This document shows, piece after piece, positions 19,825-32,138 of a DNA stretch of 64,000 nt. Location of the stretch: positions 48,389 through 112,388 of the forward strand of contig DFLT01000002.1 in NCBI GenBank assembly GCA_002375465.1. Direction: 5' to 3'. The position numbers and the translations under genes are program-made. Within the stretch, counting starts at the first letter, position 1. Each line of letters starts with the position of its first letter. The notes under the pieces were generated by a model. The model saw only the letters and a program-made list of their open reading frames with translations. It searched no databases and had not been told where the DNA came from. This DNA comes from Alphaproteobacteria bacterium UBA3612. Its GTDB lineage: Bacteria > Pseudomonadota > Alphaproteobacteria > Sphingomonadales > Sphingomonadaceae.

Positions 19825-21081
19825 ATTCACGCAGAGCTAGATAATTTCGATGTCGCTATCGTCGGTTCCGGTCATGCCGGGGCGCAGGCGGCGATCGCGC
19901 TACGCCAGAACGGTTTTGAGGGCCGCATCGGCCTGATCGGCGACGAGCCGGACCTGCCCTATGAGCGCCCGCCCTTGTCAAAGGACTATCTGGCCGGGGA
20001 AAAGCCGTTCGAGCGCATCCTCCTCAGGAAAGAGGATTTTTGGGAGGCGCGGGAAATACGGCGCCTGCCCTCCACACGCATCGAGAGCGTCGACCCGAAG
20101 ACCCGCGAACTTGTCGATGCCGATGGAGAGACGATCCGCTACGGCACCCTGATCTGGGCGACGGGCGGCGACCCCCGGCGCATGCCGTGCGGCAGCGATG
20201 TCGGCCTGGCGGGCGTCCATGCCATTCGCACGCACTCCGATGTGCAATTGCTGAAATCGGAACTGGACGATGTAGAACGTATCGTCGTGGTCGGCGGCGG
20301 CTATATCGGGCTGGAGGCAGCCGCGGTTCTGGTGAAGATGGGGAAGCACGTCACCGTCATCGAGGCGGCGGACCGTGTGCTGGCGCGGGTCGCGGGCGAA
20401 CCGCTGTCACGCTTTTACGAAGAGCGTCATCGCGCCGCCGGCGTCAATTTCCTTCTTGCCACGATGACGGACTGCCTGGAGGGGCGGGACCACAGGGTAT
20501 CCGGCGTCCGTCTCGACAGCGGTGAAAGCCTGCCCGCTGACATGGTGATTGTCGGTATCGGCATTGTCCCGGCTGTGGAGCCCCTGCTCGCCTGCGGCAT
20601 CAAGGGGACGAACGGTGTAAAGGTCGATGCGCAGTGCCGGACCAGCGACGAACATATCTTTGCCATTGGCGACTGCGCTCTGCATGAAAACGCCTATGCC
20701 GACGGTGCTGAAATCAGGCTCGAATCGGTGCAGAACGCCAATGACATGGCGAATGTGGCGGCCAAGACGATCTGCGGCCAGGACGTCGCCTATGATGCGC
20801 TGCCCTGGTTCTGGTCGAACCAATATGATCTGAAGCTGCAGACGGCCGGGCTGTCCATCGGATATGACCAGACGGTGCTGCGCGGCGATCCCGCGTCGGG
20901 AAAATTTTCGCTATTGTATCTAAAGGGCGGGCGATTGATTGCGCTCGACGCTGTCAACCGACCGGCCGATTTCATCCAGGCGCAGAAACTGATAAGGCAT
21001 GTCCGCGAAACCGGCGACATGCTCGATCCCGCTGATCTCGCCGATACGGAGACGCCCTTGAAAACGCTGATCCCCACATGA
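19825..21081 (+). CDS. Ferredoxin/rubredoxin-reductase-type FAD-dependent pyridine nucleotide-disulfide oxidoreductase; start codon uncertain (ATT at 19825 proposed)
   Basis: The tracked ORF (TTG at 19975) lacks the FAD GxGxxG motif, which is encoded in frame upstream (DVAIVGSGHAG, 19849-19881). A second Rossmann motif VVVGGGYIGLE is present. See the finding on the start codon. Confidence 0.75.
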   Translation: MHAELDNFDVAIVGSGHAGAQAAIALRQNGFEGRIGLIGDEPDLPYERPPLSKDYLAGEKPFERILLRKEDFWEAREIRRLPSTRIESVDPKTRELVDADGETIRYGTLIWATGGDPRRMPCGSDVGLAGVHAIRTHSDVQLLKSELDDVERIVVVGGGYIGLEAAAVLVKMGKHVTVIEAADRVLARVAGEPLSRFYEERHRAAGVNFLLATMTDCLEGRDHRVSGVRLDSGESLPADMVIVGIGIVPAVEPLLACGIKGTNGVKVDAQCRTSDEHIFAIGDCALHENAYADGAEIRLESVQNANDMANVAAKTICGQDVAYDALPWFWSNQYDLKLQTAGLSIGYDQTVLRGDPASGKFSLLYLKGGRLIALDAVNRPADFIQAQKLIRHVRETGDMLDPADLADTETPLKTLIPT

Positions 21082-22685
21082 GTGGCACCCGCTTTCTGCT
21101 CGCGCTGGTGTCGGTCGGCATGTTCCTGGCGCTGGCGGCCGGTGCGGTCCTTCTTAAGAAGAAGCCGGACATGGTGGCCGATCTTGGTGCGCCGGTGGCG
21201 ACCGCCTATGCGGCGGCCTCCTCCGCCGCTTCATCCGCCGCATCCGCATCCGCAGCGGTGCCAGCGAGCACGCAAGCGACCACAATGGCCGCGGAATTGC
21301 CGACAGGCGCCACCGTGTCGCTCGATACGCTGGACGCCGCCGGCGCGGGCGAGTGGGTGGAAAGCCAGGTAACGCACAGATATTGGAACAGGGCACAGAA
21401 ACTTTCCTGGCAGCAAAAGCCGATCGATTATGTCGACGCCGACGGCACGCCGCAGGGTCCACGGCCCTTTGCCGAAGGCAGTTTCTCCACCTCCGGTCCG
21501 GTTCGCCTGAAACTTCCCGAGGGGCTGCGCGACATTTATGTCGTCACGTCGAAAGGCAGGATCACCGTAAAGACACGCGAAACCGGCGAAGGGCCGGTTC
21601 TGGTGCTTGCCGATGGCAGACGGCTCGATGCGTTGGCCGACGCCGACATCAACTTCACGACCGTGAAGCGCCTGGGTGACCGGGATTCGATGAAGGCCGA
21701 AGGGGATTCCGGGTTTCTCATTCGCTTTCCGACCCATAGCGGTCCCGCGACATTGGAGCTGCAGCGGGTGGAGGGCTCCAACAAGTCAGGAACCCTGAAA
21801 GTCTATCAGGCAAGTCCCCGCGCCCCCAAGATGGCGTTTCCCAGCGAACTGCCGGCGGCGCGCGCACAAATATTGCGGGTCGCTGCAGCCGATGTTCGTC
21901 GTAGCGTACCCGAACGTCAGCAGTTGCAAGGCGAATGGCTGGCCACATGGCTGGACCGTGAATCGGCTCCGCAGAAACGCTGCAACGAAACGGATATCGG
22001 CTGCTCTGGCCTCGTCCTGATGCAGGACCGGCAAGCGCTGCCGCAATCGCTAGATCGCGCCGCCATGGTAACCTATTTCCGAATCGGCGGCGTCTGGTCG
22101 GATACTGGCGGCAAGATGCCGGGTCTCGGCAATAGCGGCGACACGACCAAGGGGCCGAGAACCTGCATCGGCGATTCATGCTATGGCGATGCAGGCTGGG
22201 GCGGCCGGAAGGCGAACGGCCTGCGCTGGCACGCGCGCGGTCTGTTCACCGGTTCCGGCGGCACCGGCTCCCTTGGCTGGGGAACCTATCTTTATTCGTT
22301 GAATGTGAATGCTGGGCCGTATGGCAAGCATCTCGCCGCCGCAGAGCCGCTGCCGCCGGGCGAGGTTGTCGCCACGGTGCAGTATATCGACGTCAATGAT
22401 GTGGGCAGCGATAATGGCATTCTGGGGCAATGGCTGTGCCGCGCATCCGGCTGTACGCCGATGATCTGGCGGGATGATATCCGTTACCGTAATGTGGACG
22501 CGCCAGAGGCGCTGGTGAACGAAATGGACCTCGTCATCTATTGCGGCGGCATGCAGTGCAACATGCGTTCCGGTCAGCGGTTCGAATATGATTTCCATTC
22601 CGCAGCGGTCTTTGACGGCATGCCTGACCTCAGAAAGGTCGCCGACCGCGTCTCGCGGCTGGCAAGCACGGTGCCATCCCGCTAG
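21078..22685 (+). CDS. Membrane-anchored hypothetical protein with a C-terminal polysaccharide-lyase-like (jelly-roll, PF14099-like) region
   Basis: N-terminal TM (FLLALVSVGMFLALAAGAVLL) and a Ser/Ala repeat. The C-terminal pattern KMPGLGNSG...GWGGRKANGLRWHARGLF...GTYLYSL...GILGQWL resembles PL14-type lyase domains. The ATGA overlap links it to the upstream gene. Confidence 0.5.
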   Translation: MSGTRFLLALVSVGMFLALAAGAVLLKKKPDMVADLGAPVATAYAAASSAASSAASASAAVPASTQATTMAAELPTGATVSLDTLDAAGAGEWVESQVTHRYWNRAQKLSWQQKPIDYVDADGTPQGPRPFAEGSFSTSGPVRLKLPEGLRDIYVVTSKGRITVKTRETGEGPVLVLADGRRLDALADADINFTTVKRLGDRDSMKAEGDSGFLIRFPTHSGPATLELQRVEGSNKSGTLKVYQASPRAPKMAFPSELPAARAQILRVAAADVRRSVPERQQLQGEWLATWLDRESAPQKRCNETDIGCSGLVLMQDRQALPQSLDRAAMVTYFRIGGVWSDTGGKMPGLGNSGDTTKGPRTCIGDSCYGDAGWGGRKANGLRWHARGLFTGSGGTGSLGWGTYLYSLNVNAGPYGKHLAAAEPLPPGEVVATVQYIDVNDVGSDNGILGQWLCRASGCTPMIWRDDIRYRNVDAPEALVNEMDLVIYCGGMQCNMRSGQRFEYDFHSAAVFDGMPDLRKVADRVSRLASTVPSR

Positions 22686-22737
22686 ACAGCGACTCCTCGT
22701 TCGATGCGCATTCACCAGAGATCCAGGGCCATCATCC

Positions 22738-23040
22738 ATGCCAGCTACCCTTGTCGCCATTCTCGATATTTTCGTAATGTTGTGCCAGCTCGTCATCTGG
22801 GTGATCATCGCGCAGGTCATTCTGTCGTGGCTGATCGCATTCAACGTCATCAACACGTCGAATAATTTCGTGCGTTCGCTCGTTTTCGGCATTGAGCGGC
22901 TGACGGCGCCGCTCTACCGCCCCATCCGCCGGTTCCTGCCGGATCTGGGCGGTATCGACCTGTCGCCCATGATCCTGATCCTGGCGATCATTCTGGTGCA
23001 GCGGCTGGTACCCGCGCTCGTGATCGATCTGTTCACCTGA
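22738..23040 (+). CDS. yggT: YggT family membrane protein
   Basis: ATG at 22738. [39 protein letters not shown]... is typical of YggT. 100 aa. Confidence 0.85.
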   Translation: MPATLVAILDIFVMLCQLVIWVIIAQVILSWLIAFNVINTSNNFVRSLVFGIERLTAPLYRPIRRFLPDLGGIDLSPMILILAIILVQRLVPALVIDLFT

Positions 23041-23936
23041 TGGCGGATCGTATCGACGGAAAGGCGTTCGCAGCGGCGCTGCGAGCCCGCACGGCGGATC
23101 ATGCCGCCCGTTTTCACGAGCAGGCCGGGCGTAAGGCTGGGTTGGCCGTAATCCTTGTCGGTGATGACCCGGCGAGCGACGTGTACGTCACGTCCAAACA
23201 CCGGGCGACGCGCGAAGCCGGCATGGAAAGTTTCGAGCACCGCCTGTCTGCGGAGACTACGCAGGACCAGCTTCTGGACCTTGTGCACAAGCTGAATGGA
23301 GATCCGAATGTCGATGGCATTCTGTGCCAGCTGCCGCTGCCGGGCCATCTGGATGCGGATGCGGTGGTGCAGGCGATCGATCCGGACAAGGATGTCGACG
23401 GCCTGACGGTCACCAATGCCGGGCGTCTGCTGAGCGGGCTGCCCGGCATCGTGCCCTGCACACCGCTTGGCTGTGACATGATGATTGCCGATCGCCTGGG
23501 CAGTGATCTGTCGGGCAAGACGGCGCTGGTGATCGGCCGCTCCAATTTGTTCGGCAAGCCAATGGGGCAGCTGTTGCTGCAGCGCAATGCAACCGTGACC
23601 CAGGCGCATTCTCGTACGTCGGACCTGCCGGCAGAGGCGCGCCGCGCCGACATTCTGGTGGTTGCCGTCGGCCGGCCAGAGATGGTTCGCGGCGACTGGG
23701 TAAAACCGGGCGCGCTGGTCATCGACGTCGGCATTAATCGGATCGAGGCGCCGGAGCGCGGCGAAGGAAAAACGCGGCTTGTCGGCGATGTCGCCTTTGC
23801 CGAGGCAGAACAGGTCGCATCGGCCATAACGCCGGTCCCGGGTGGTGTCGGTCCCATGACGATCGCCTGTCTGTTGAGGAATACGGTGACGGCCGCCTAT
23901 CGCCGTCAGCGGCTGGCGGTACCGGAGGATTTGTGA
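23040..23936 (+). CDS. folD: Bifunctional methylenetetrahydrofolate dehydrogenase/methenyl-THF cyclohydrolase
   Basis: 298 aa. Motifs [23 protein letters not shown] and [13 protein letters not shown]. Confidence 0.95.
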   Translation: MADRIDGKAFAAALRARTADHAARFHEQAGRKAGLAVILVGDDPASDVYVTSKHRATREAGMESFEHRLSAETTQDQLLDLVHKLNGDPNVDGILCQLPLPGHLDADAVVQAIDPDKDVDGLTVTNAGRLLSGLPGIVPCTPLGCDMMIADRLGSDLSGKTALVIGRSNLFGKPMGQLLLQRNATVTQAHSRTSDLPAEARRADILVVAVGRPEMVRGDWVKPGALVIDVGINRIEAPERGEGKTRLVGDVAFAEAEQVASAITPVPGGVGPMTIACLLRNTVTAAYRRQRLAVPEDL

Positions 23937-24565
23937 ATCCGGCTCTCGTCGATCTATTCGTAACGGCATTCGCCACCCTGTTCGTCGTCATCGACCCGCC
24001 GGGCTGTGCGCCGATCTATTCCAGCCTGACCGCCGGAGCCAGCGCGCGGCAGCGTAACGGCATGGCCGTGCGGTCCATCCTGATTGCGGGCGGCGTACTG
24101 ATCGTCTTTGCCTTTTTCGGCAGGCCATTGCTGGAGGCGCTCGGCATATCGCTGGATGCCTTCCGTGTGGCAGGCGGCATCATGTTGTTCATGATCGCGC
24201 TGGAAATGGTGTTCGAGAAGCGCACTGAACGGCGAGAAACGCGTGTTCAGGAAATGAACGAATCGGACGTTGACGATGTCAGTGTCTTTCCCATGGGCAT
24301 CCCCATGATCGCCGGACCCGGCTCAATCGCGGCGCTGATGCTGTTGATGAGCCAGACCACGAGTTTTGTGGAGCGAAGCGTTGTTTTCGGCGCCCTTTTC
24401 CTCGTCCTTCTGCTGACGTTGGCGGCGCTGTTGCTGGCGGGCCCCATGCTGGGCTTCATTGGGCAGAAGATGGAGGCGATGCTGACACGATTGCTGGGCG
24501 TGATCCTGGCCGCGCTGGCGGCGCAGTTCGTTCTCGACGGGCTTCGCGCCAGCTTCCTCGCCTAG
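23933..24565 (+). CDS. MarC family (UPF0056) membrane protein
   Basis: 210 aa with 6 TM segments. The N-terminus [17 protein letters not shown] is typical. Overlaps the folD stop. Confidence 0.88.
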   Translation: MNPALVDLFVTAFATLFVVIDPPGCAPIYSSLTAGASARQRNGMAVRSILIAGGVLIVFAFFGRPLLEALGISLDAFRVAGGIMLFMIALEMVFEKRTERRETRVQEMNESDVDDVSVFPMGIPMIAGPGSIAALMLLMSQTTSFVERSVVFGALFLVLLLTLAALLLAGPMLGFIGQKMEAMLTRLLGVILAALAAQFVLDGLRASFLA

Positions 24566-26376
24566 GGGGCGACGCGGTACAGCCGTACGCCGGCTTTTCC
24601 GGGTCCGGTAATAACGGGGTGCATCCAGGTCGGAATCTCGCCGTCGTTGAGGGCGGCGGCAAACCCGTTCGGAGCCTGTCGGGCGTAGAATCGCATCTCC
24701 CGCGCGCCGGCACACCAGGCGATATGCGACAGCCCCTTTTCACGAACGAAGGTTCGGGCGTCTGCGGGCGATCCGCGGAAAACCTCAATCACCTCCTTCA
24801 TCGCGGCTTCGTTGCGATGATGCCCGCTTGCCAGCATTCGGTGCGGCGTTCCCGCCAGAATGGCAGGCGTCGGGTCCAGCGGCGTCAGCATGGTCGTGGG
24901 CGGCATATCGGCCACCTGCGTCCACGCCCCCTTTTTGAAACAGGCGGCTTCCGCTCCGCCGCTCTGCTGCGTAATTTCGTCCTCGGCTTTGCTGCTCCAG
25001 CTTTCCCACAAGTCCATGGCGAACAGCGGGGTTGCTGGCAGCAGGAGCAGCAAAAGGCCGATGGTCCCGACAAGGCGCGGCAATAGGGGCTGCAAACGCG
25101 CGCGACGCAGCAATTCCGAAAATGCGAAGATCAGCGCAGGGAGGGACAATAATTGAGCCAGTGCGATCGACCGCAATACGAAAATGCCTGACAGGGCTGC
25201 CGCCACGAACAGAAACGCCAGGTCAAGCCGTACGCGCCGTTGCCAGCCGCCATCCGCCAGCATGAACAGGGTCGCGCCGACACCGATCAGCATGGCAAAT
25301 CCGCTGGCGACGCTGACCGCATCGAGAATCTGCCACAGGGGCATCCCTTCCCGCACATTCACATACCAGTTCGTTTTCACGACAGGGTCGAGCGCGCTGA
25401 ACGGCCCGGCGAGGCATGCGGGGTTGATGAGAGAGAGGCAGCCTATGCCCATGACGGTGGAGACGGCCAATATGCCCAGGCGGCGTGCCCGTCCGTTGGC
25501 TGCGGGTAGCATCAGCAGGGAAAGCCCCGCCGTCGCCCCCGCAAGCGCGGCAAGATAGGCTGGCATGATCGCGTCGCACCAGTGGGCGCTCCACATGGCC
25601 GCCGGCTGGGTCGCGGCGAAAAAGGCAAGGCTGGCGATCGTCAGGGAAATCATGAAGCTGAGCAGCCTGCCTGTTTCCGCCGGAACGAACAGGGCGCGCA
25701 AGGCCAGCAGGGCGCCGGCTGCAACGGCAAGCGGCAGTCCCTCCAGCGAAATGTGCAGCATCAGCGCCAGTGCAACGCCGCCCAACATGGCTGCTCTCGT
25801 CGTGCGTGTACCTGCAATGGCGGCCACCGCCGCCAGCCCCAGAACAATTTGCCAGCCATGATGGTCGATGCGCATGGGACTCAACTGCAATGCCGGGAAC
25901 ATCATGCCGGGGACCAGCAGTGCGCCGATCAACGCCAGGCGCCAGTCGGCAACCCGCCGTATCAGAACGGCGATCAGCATGGTCGTCAGGAACAGCGAGA
26001 GGCACGGCACGATGATCGCGGCTGCCGTTTCCGCGCCCGCCGCGCCGACCAAAGGTCGAAATGCAACCATTACGAGCGCCAGCGGCAGGTCGACCAGTCG
26101 CGACCAGTGCATCGGCGCGCCATCAGGGGGATTCAGGCGATATTGCGTGACGTCGCGCCAGTTCTGCCCGGCCAGGAAGTCACGAACTTCCTGCAGTCGC
26201 AGATAATCATCCGGTCCATGCAATTCACCGGAAAGGATGGCGTCCTTTTTCAGGAGCGCCAGCAACAGCGTGGAGACTATCCAGACGATCAGAATGCCAA
26301 GGCGGAATTTACGCGCGTCGGCGTCGGCGCGTTCCGTATCGGCCACGGCACCGGCCGCCCCGAAGGCGATCGTCAT
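24562..26376 (-). CDS. Large polytopic membrane protein, candidate GT-C-type glycosyltransferase
   Basis: ATG at 26376 overlaps the GtrA stop (ATGA). About 604 aa with many TM helices. An acidic first-loop motif (GPDDYLRLQEVRD) resembles GT-C enzymes. The C-terminal domain is soluble. Confidence 0.55.
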   Translation of the reverse strand: MTIAFGAAGAVADTERADADARKFRLGILIVWIVSTLLLALLKKDAILSGELHGPDDYLRLQEVRDFLAGQNWRDVTQYRLNPPDGAPMHWSRLVDLPLALVMVAFRPLVGAAGAETAAAIIVPCLSLFLTTMLIAVLIRRVADWRLALIGALLVPGMMFPALQLSPMRIDHHGWQIVLGLAAVAAIAGTRTTRAAMLGGVALALMLHISLEGLPLAVAAGALLALRALFVPAETGRLLSFMISLTIASLAFFAATQPAAMWSAHWCDAIMPAYLAALAGATAGLSLLMLPAANGRARRLGILAVSTVMGIGCLSLINPACLAGPFSALDPVVKTNWYVNVREGMPLWQILDAVSVASGFAMLIGVGATLFMLADGGWQRRVRLDLAFLFVAAALSGIFVLRSIALAQLLSLPALIFAFSELLRRARLQPLLPRLVGTIGLLLLLLPATPLFAMDLWESWSSKAEDEITQQSGGAEAACFKKGAWTQVADMPPTTMLTPLDPTPAILAGTPHRMLASGHHRNEAAMKEVIEVFRGSPADARTFVREKGLSHIAWCAGAREMRFYARQAPNGFAAALNDGEIPTWMHPVITGPGKAGVRLYRVAP

Positions 26377-26768
26377 GACGCAAAGACATAAAGGCGGCGA
26401 ACGAGCCAGATCGCCTGAAAGCTGACGATGACAGCGATTGCCTTTGCAGCCGAGGGGTCCAGACCGAGGCCGGTGCCCGCCCCCACGATGCACATGGTAA
26501 GCCCCAGTCCCAATAGGGCTGAGCCTGCGAACAGCAATTTCTGCTGACGCCGCTGGTCGCTGCCGCGCACATGTGTCTGCCGGGCGAACACCACGCGGCT
26601 GGAAATCAGCCAGTGCACGCCGATTCCGAAGCCATATCCTGCGCCGGAAGCGAGGCTGGCCATCATGCCCGCCGACATCAGCGCGGTGAACATGGCGACG
26701 TCAGCGGCCAATGCACACACGCTGGCCAAACCATAGCGCAGATATGTCATATCGATCAGCCGGGCCAT
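26373..26768 (-). CDS. GtrA family membrane protein
   Basis: 131 aa with 4 TM segments and GtrA-like layout (YGLASVCALAADVAMF...HWLISSRVVF). Confidence 0.8.
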   Translation of the reverse strand: MARLIDMTYLRYGLASVCALAADVAMFTALMSAGMMASLASGAGYGFGIGVHWLISSRVVFARQTHVRGSDQRRQQKLLFAGSALLGLGLTMCIVGAGTGLGLDPSAAKAIAVIVSFQAIWLVRRLYVFAS

Positions 26769-26806
26769 GGGCCTCTTCCCGTCGCGGACGTGAAATATGC
26801 GGATTG

Positions 26807-28318
<1,512 letters not shown>

Positions 28319-28449
28319 ACGCTGCCTGCCCCTGAACGCTGAATTGGTTTCAGGAACTGCATTGCAGCAAAAGGTTTAAAAGACTGGTTAAGAAAGGCCT
28401 GTCGCATCGACGGGGGCAGAAAATCGCATCTCAGGCCGTGGGTTTGTGG

Positions 28450-28881
28450 CTACCAGCCCGCTGTTGCCCAGGCCGCGACTTCCTCCGTGGCGTCGACGGC
28501 GACGATGGCCCACACATTGTCTTCTGCCGCCAGCGTATAAAGCGTTTCGAAGCGCAGCCTCTCTTCGCCATTTTCCCCCGTCAGGCGCCAGCCTACGCGC
28601 GCGGCGGCGGCCTGTTCACCGGGCAATTCGCGCGCTTCCAGCAAGGTCGGCGTCACGATCTCTACGCCGTTTTCCTCATATTTCCACAGGATCGCGTCCA
28701 TATTCTCGCGCACTTCCTCGGTCGTTTCCAGGAAGATGGTTTCCTGTCCACGACGAATCCCGTGCGGTGTCGCCAGGAACGACAGGATGACATCCTCGTC
28801 ATTCGCATTGATCGCGGCGGCGTAATTGTCGAAAAATTCCGACAATACGCCGGCCAGCGACGGGGCGATGGGATCAGCCAC
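28450..28881 (-). CDS. Hypothetical acidic 143-aa protein (possibly NTF2-like)
   Basis: Good GC3. It overlaps the argG stop by 8 nt, which suggests co-transcription. No recognisable catalytic motif. Confidence 0.55.
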   Translation of the reverse strand: MADPIAPSLAGVLSEFFDNYAAAINANDEDVILSFLATPHGIRRGQETIFLETTEEVRENMDAILWKYEENGVEIVTPTLLEARELPGEQAAAARVGWRLTGENGEERLRFETLYTLAAEDNVWAIVAVDATEEVAAWATAGW

Positions 28882-30100
28882 CGCGCTTCCTTTGCCCCAG
28901 CAGGCGCAGGCGCAGGGCGTTCAGGCGAATGAACCCCTCCGCATCGCGCTGATTATAGCGGCCCTTGTCATCCTCGAACGTGACCACGTCCTGGCTGTAG
29001 AGGTTAAAGCTGACATCCGCCTTGCGGCCGACGGTCTGAACGCTGCCCTTGTACAGTTTCAGCCGTACCGTGCCGGTGACGTCCTTCTGGCTGTGATCGA
29101 TGGCCGCCTGCAGCATTTCCCGCTCCGGGCTGAACCACAGGCCATTGTAGATCAGTTCCGCATAGCGCGGCATCAGCTCGTCCTTCAGGTGGGTCGCGCC
29201 GCGGTCCAGCGTCAGCTGCTCGATGCCGCGATGCGCCTCCAGATAGATGGTGCCGCCCGGCGTTTCGTACATGCCGCGGGACTTCATGCCGACGAAGCGG
29301 TTCTCGACCATATCAAGGCGACCGATGCCATGGCGGCGGCCATATTCGTTCAACGCCTCCAGAAGGGTGGCCGGGCTCATCGCTTCGCCGTTCAGCGCGA
29401 CGCCGTCGCCATGTTCGAAGTCGACCTCGACATATTCCGGCTTGTCGGGCGCATCCTCCGGATTGACCGTGCGGGAATAGACATAGTCCGGCACCTCGTC
29501 CCACGGGTCTTCCAGCACCTTTCCTTCGGAGGAGGTGTGCAGCATGTTCGCGTCCGTCGAAAAGGGTGCCTCGCCGCGCTTGTCCTTGGCGACCTCGATG
29601 CCGTGCTCCTCGGCAAAGGCGATCAGGCGCGTACGGCTGGTCAGATCCCATTCCCGCCAGGGCGCGATGACGCGGATGTCCGGGTCCAGCGCATAATAGC
29701 CGAGTTCAAAGCGGACCTGATCATTGCCCTTGCCGGTGGCACCATGGCTGACCGCGTCGGCGCCGACCTGGTGCGCGATTTCTATCTGGCGCTTGGAAAT
29801 CAGCGGCCGTGCGATGGACGTGCCCAGCAGATACAGCCCCTCATAAAGCGCATTGGCGCGCATCATCGGAAAGACATAGTCGCGCACGAATTCTTCGCGC
29901 AGGTCGTCGATGAAAATATGTTCGGGCTTCACACCGGCGGCCAGCGCCTTCTTGCGTGCAGGTTCCAGCTCCTCGCCCTGGCCCAGATCGGCGGTGAACG
30001 TCACCACCTCGCACTGATATTCGGTTTGCAGCCATTTCAGGATGACACTGGTGTCGAGGCCACCGGAATAGGCGAGGACGACACGTTTGATCTCGGGCAT
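28874..30100 (-). CDS. argG: Argininosuccinate synthase
   Basis: ATG at 30100 gives [25 protein letters not shown]..., the canonical ArgG start. 408 aa. The upstream part of the tracked 558-aa ORF is not coding. Confidence 0.95.
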   Translation of the reverse strand: MPEIKRVVLAYSGGLDTSVILKWLQTEYQCEVVTFTADLGQGEELEPARKKALAAGVKPEHIFIDDLREEFVRDYVFPMMRANALYEGLYLLGTSIARPLISKRQIEIAHQVGADAVSHGATGKGNDQVRFELGYYALDPDIRVIAPWREWDLTSRTRLIAFAEEHGIEVAKDKRGEAPFSTDANMLHTSSEGKVLEDPWDEVPDYVYSRTVNPEDAPDKPEYVEVDFEHGDGVALNGEAMSPATLLEALNEYGRRHGIGRLDMVENRFVGMKSRGMYETPGGTIYLEAHRGIEQLTLDRGATHLKDELMPRYAELIYNGLWFSPEREMLQAAIDHSQKDVTGTVRLKLYKGSVQTVGRKADVSFNLYSQDVVTFEDDKGRYNQRDAEGFIRLNALRLRLLGQRKRGG

Positions 30101-30217
30101 GTTTTGAAGCCTTGGAAAGAGGGACGTGCGGGCTTTCGCAAAGATGAAGGGGACGTTCAAGGGATATGCACCGACGGCCCCGTATTCCTCTACGACAGTC
30201 AATGAGGAGTGTCGAAA

Positions 30218-30745
30218 ATGAAGAACGAATTTCTGATCGCGGCCAGCATGGCCACCCTGTTCGCCGCGGGCGCACATGCCGCACCGGGCGATGGCGGGCC
30301 AAAGCGCGGCGCCGATATGGACCGCGCCGATGTCGAGGCACGCGTGACCGAGCATTTCCAGAAAATGGACGCCGATTCCGATGGCACGGTGACTGAGGCC
30401 GAAGCGAAGGCCGCGCGTGAAACAATGATGGCGGAGCGTAGCGGCGAAATGTTCGCCAAGGCCGATACCGACGGCAGTGGCGCTATCAGCGAGGCGGAAT
30501 GGAACGCCATGGCCGAAAAGCGCGGCGGCAAGCGTGCCGGCGCGCGGCATAAGGGCGGCAATATGATGATGCGCGCCGATGCAGATGGCGATGGCCGTAT
30601 CACCCTCGCCGAGGCGAAGGCGCCCGCCCTCGATCGTTTCGATCGCGCGGACACCGACAAGGACGGCACCGTGACCGCCGCCGAACGCCGCGCGCAGTGG
30701 CAGACAATGCGGGCGGAACGCGGGAAGGGGCGAACTGCCGAATAG
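30218..30745 (+). CDS. Exported EF-hand calcium-binding protein
   Basis: GAGGAG lies 8 nt before ATG 30218, followed by a signal peptide. Four DxDxDG loops are present ([48 protein letters not shown]). Confidence 0.85.
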   Translation: MKNEFLIAASMATLFAAGAHAAPGDGGPKRGADMDRADVEARVTEHFQKMDADSDGTVTEAEAKAARETMMAERSGEMFAKADTDGSGAISEAEWNAMAEKRGGKRAGARHKGGNMMMRADADGDGRITLAEAKAPALDRFDRADTDKDGTVTAAERRAQWQTMRAERGKGRTAE

Positions 30746-30941
30746 AGTTTACCGAATACGCGCCTTTCCCCCCATTTGGGCGCGTGACATGGGGGCGGAC
30801 GACCGGCGATCCGGTTTTCCCCCTTTGACGGCCCGCCGCCGCCCCCGTGCGTAGCGAAGGATCGGCACCCTCCCTCCCTTGGGTGTCGGTCCTTTTCTCT
30901 TTTTGTGATCCTTTTAAGGCGGCAATTGGTAAGAGCGGGGC

Positions 30942-32138
30942 ATGAACAGCTTTCCTTCCCTTGCCGTTCGGGCATTTCTTCTCTGCCTCTTTGCCGCGCC
31001 CTCCCTGGCGACGGAAATTATCATCGGTTCCGTTCAGCCGGGCGTCGAACCCGGTACGCCAGAGATTGGACTGGTGTTCCTGAACGACAGCGCCCAACCG
31101 CTCGCCCTGCCTCAGCGGCTCGATGCTGCCATCGTGAAGGATGGGCAGTCGACGCCCGTGGTCCTCGACCTGCTGGGCAGTCCGCAGACGATCGCGCCCG
31201 GGGCCTTTGCGAAGCCCGTGTACCGGTTTGCGTTGCCCGACAGATTATCTACAGGCGGGCCGGTGCGCATTGAACTGGTCGGTGACATGCCGGCATCGGC
31301 GGCGGTCATCCTGCCTACCCCCATGGTGCCAGAGGCTCCGCCGGTCGAACTGGCGGCGGTTCCGCCCGACAGCCGCCCGGAACCCGACGCGCTGCAGGAT
31401 TCACCGCAGGCCGACGGCGCTCTTAATTTTTCCACCTATCGTCTGATGTATGCGCTGCTGGGTACATCGCCGCTGAACGCAAAGCTGCAGTTCAGCTTCA
31501 AATATGCGCTGGTCGATCCCGATTCGGGAACAGCATCCCGCCTGTCCTTCCTGCGCGGCATCTATTTCGGATATACACAGACGATGTTCTGGGATTTGGG
31601 CGTCGAAAGTTCGCCCTTCCGCTCTATAGATTTCCAGCCAGAGCTGTTTTATCGATATCGCAGCGATCTTGCCCTTGCCTCCCTGCAGGGATCGGACGTG
31701 AATGTTCAGGCGGGCGTCAAACATTATTCCAATGGCCGCGAAGAGCCATTCAGCCGCAGTTTCAACACCGTCTATCTGGAACCGTCCGTCAGCGTGCCGA
31801 TTGGCGATTCCTTTCGCCTGACCGCCGCGCCCCGTGCGTTCATATATTTCGGCGATCTGGAGGATAATCCCGATATCGACGAATTTCGCGGCCATTCGGG
31901 CCTGCGCCTGACGCTGGTGCGTGACGACGGCGCGCGGCTGGAGACGGCGGCCCTCGGCTTCATCGGGACGGGCCGGGGCAGCGTACAGACCGACCTCAGC
32001 TATCCGATCAAGGGCGGCTTTCTGGGCGACCTGAACCTTCGCCTGCATGGCCAATTATTTGCCGGATACGGCGACAATCTGTTCGAATATGATCGCAAAT
32101 CGACCCGGCTGCGGTTTGGAATCAGTCTGGTTCCGTGA
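30942..32138 (+). CDS. pldA: Outer-membrane phospholipase A1 (OMPLA family) with a ~150-aa N-terminal extension
   Basis: Signal peptide present. OMPLA motifs are KLQFSFKY, IYFGYTQTMFWDL, SSPFRSIDFQPELFYRY and the catalytic HYSNGREEPFSRSFN (HxSNG). Confidence 0.75.
   Translation: MNSFPSLAVRAFLLCLFAAPSLATEIIIGSVQPGVEPGTPEIGLVFLNDSAQPLALPQRLDAAIVKDGQSTPVVLDLLGSPQTIAPGAFAKPVYRFALPDRLSTGGPVRIELVGDMPASAAVILPTPMVPEAPPVELAAVPPDSRPEPDALQDSPQADGALNFSTYRLMYALLGTSPLNAKLQFSFKYALVDPDSGTASRLSFLRGIYFGYTQTMFWDLGVESSPFRSIDFQPELFYRYRSDLALASLQGSDVNVQAGVKHYSNGREEPFSRSFNTVYLEPSVSVPIGDSFRLTAAPRAFIYFGDLEDNPDIDEFRGHSGLRLTLVRDDGARLETAALGFIGTGRGSVQTDLSYPIKGGFLGDLNLRLHGQLFAGYGDNLFEYDRKSTRLRFGISLVP

Noticed and set aside
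17663-19840. 725-aa plus-strand ORF
   Set aside because: It is entirely antisense to the well-supported nadE gene. Its composition is typical of high-GC shadow ORFs and it has no motifs.
28826-30205. 459-aa plus-strand ORF
   Set aside because: It is antisense to argG, whose identity is unambiguous.
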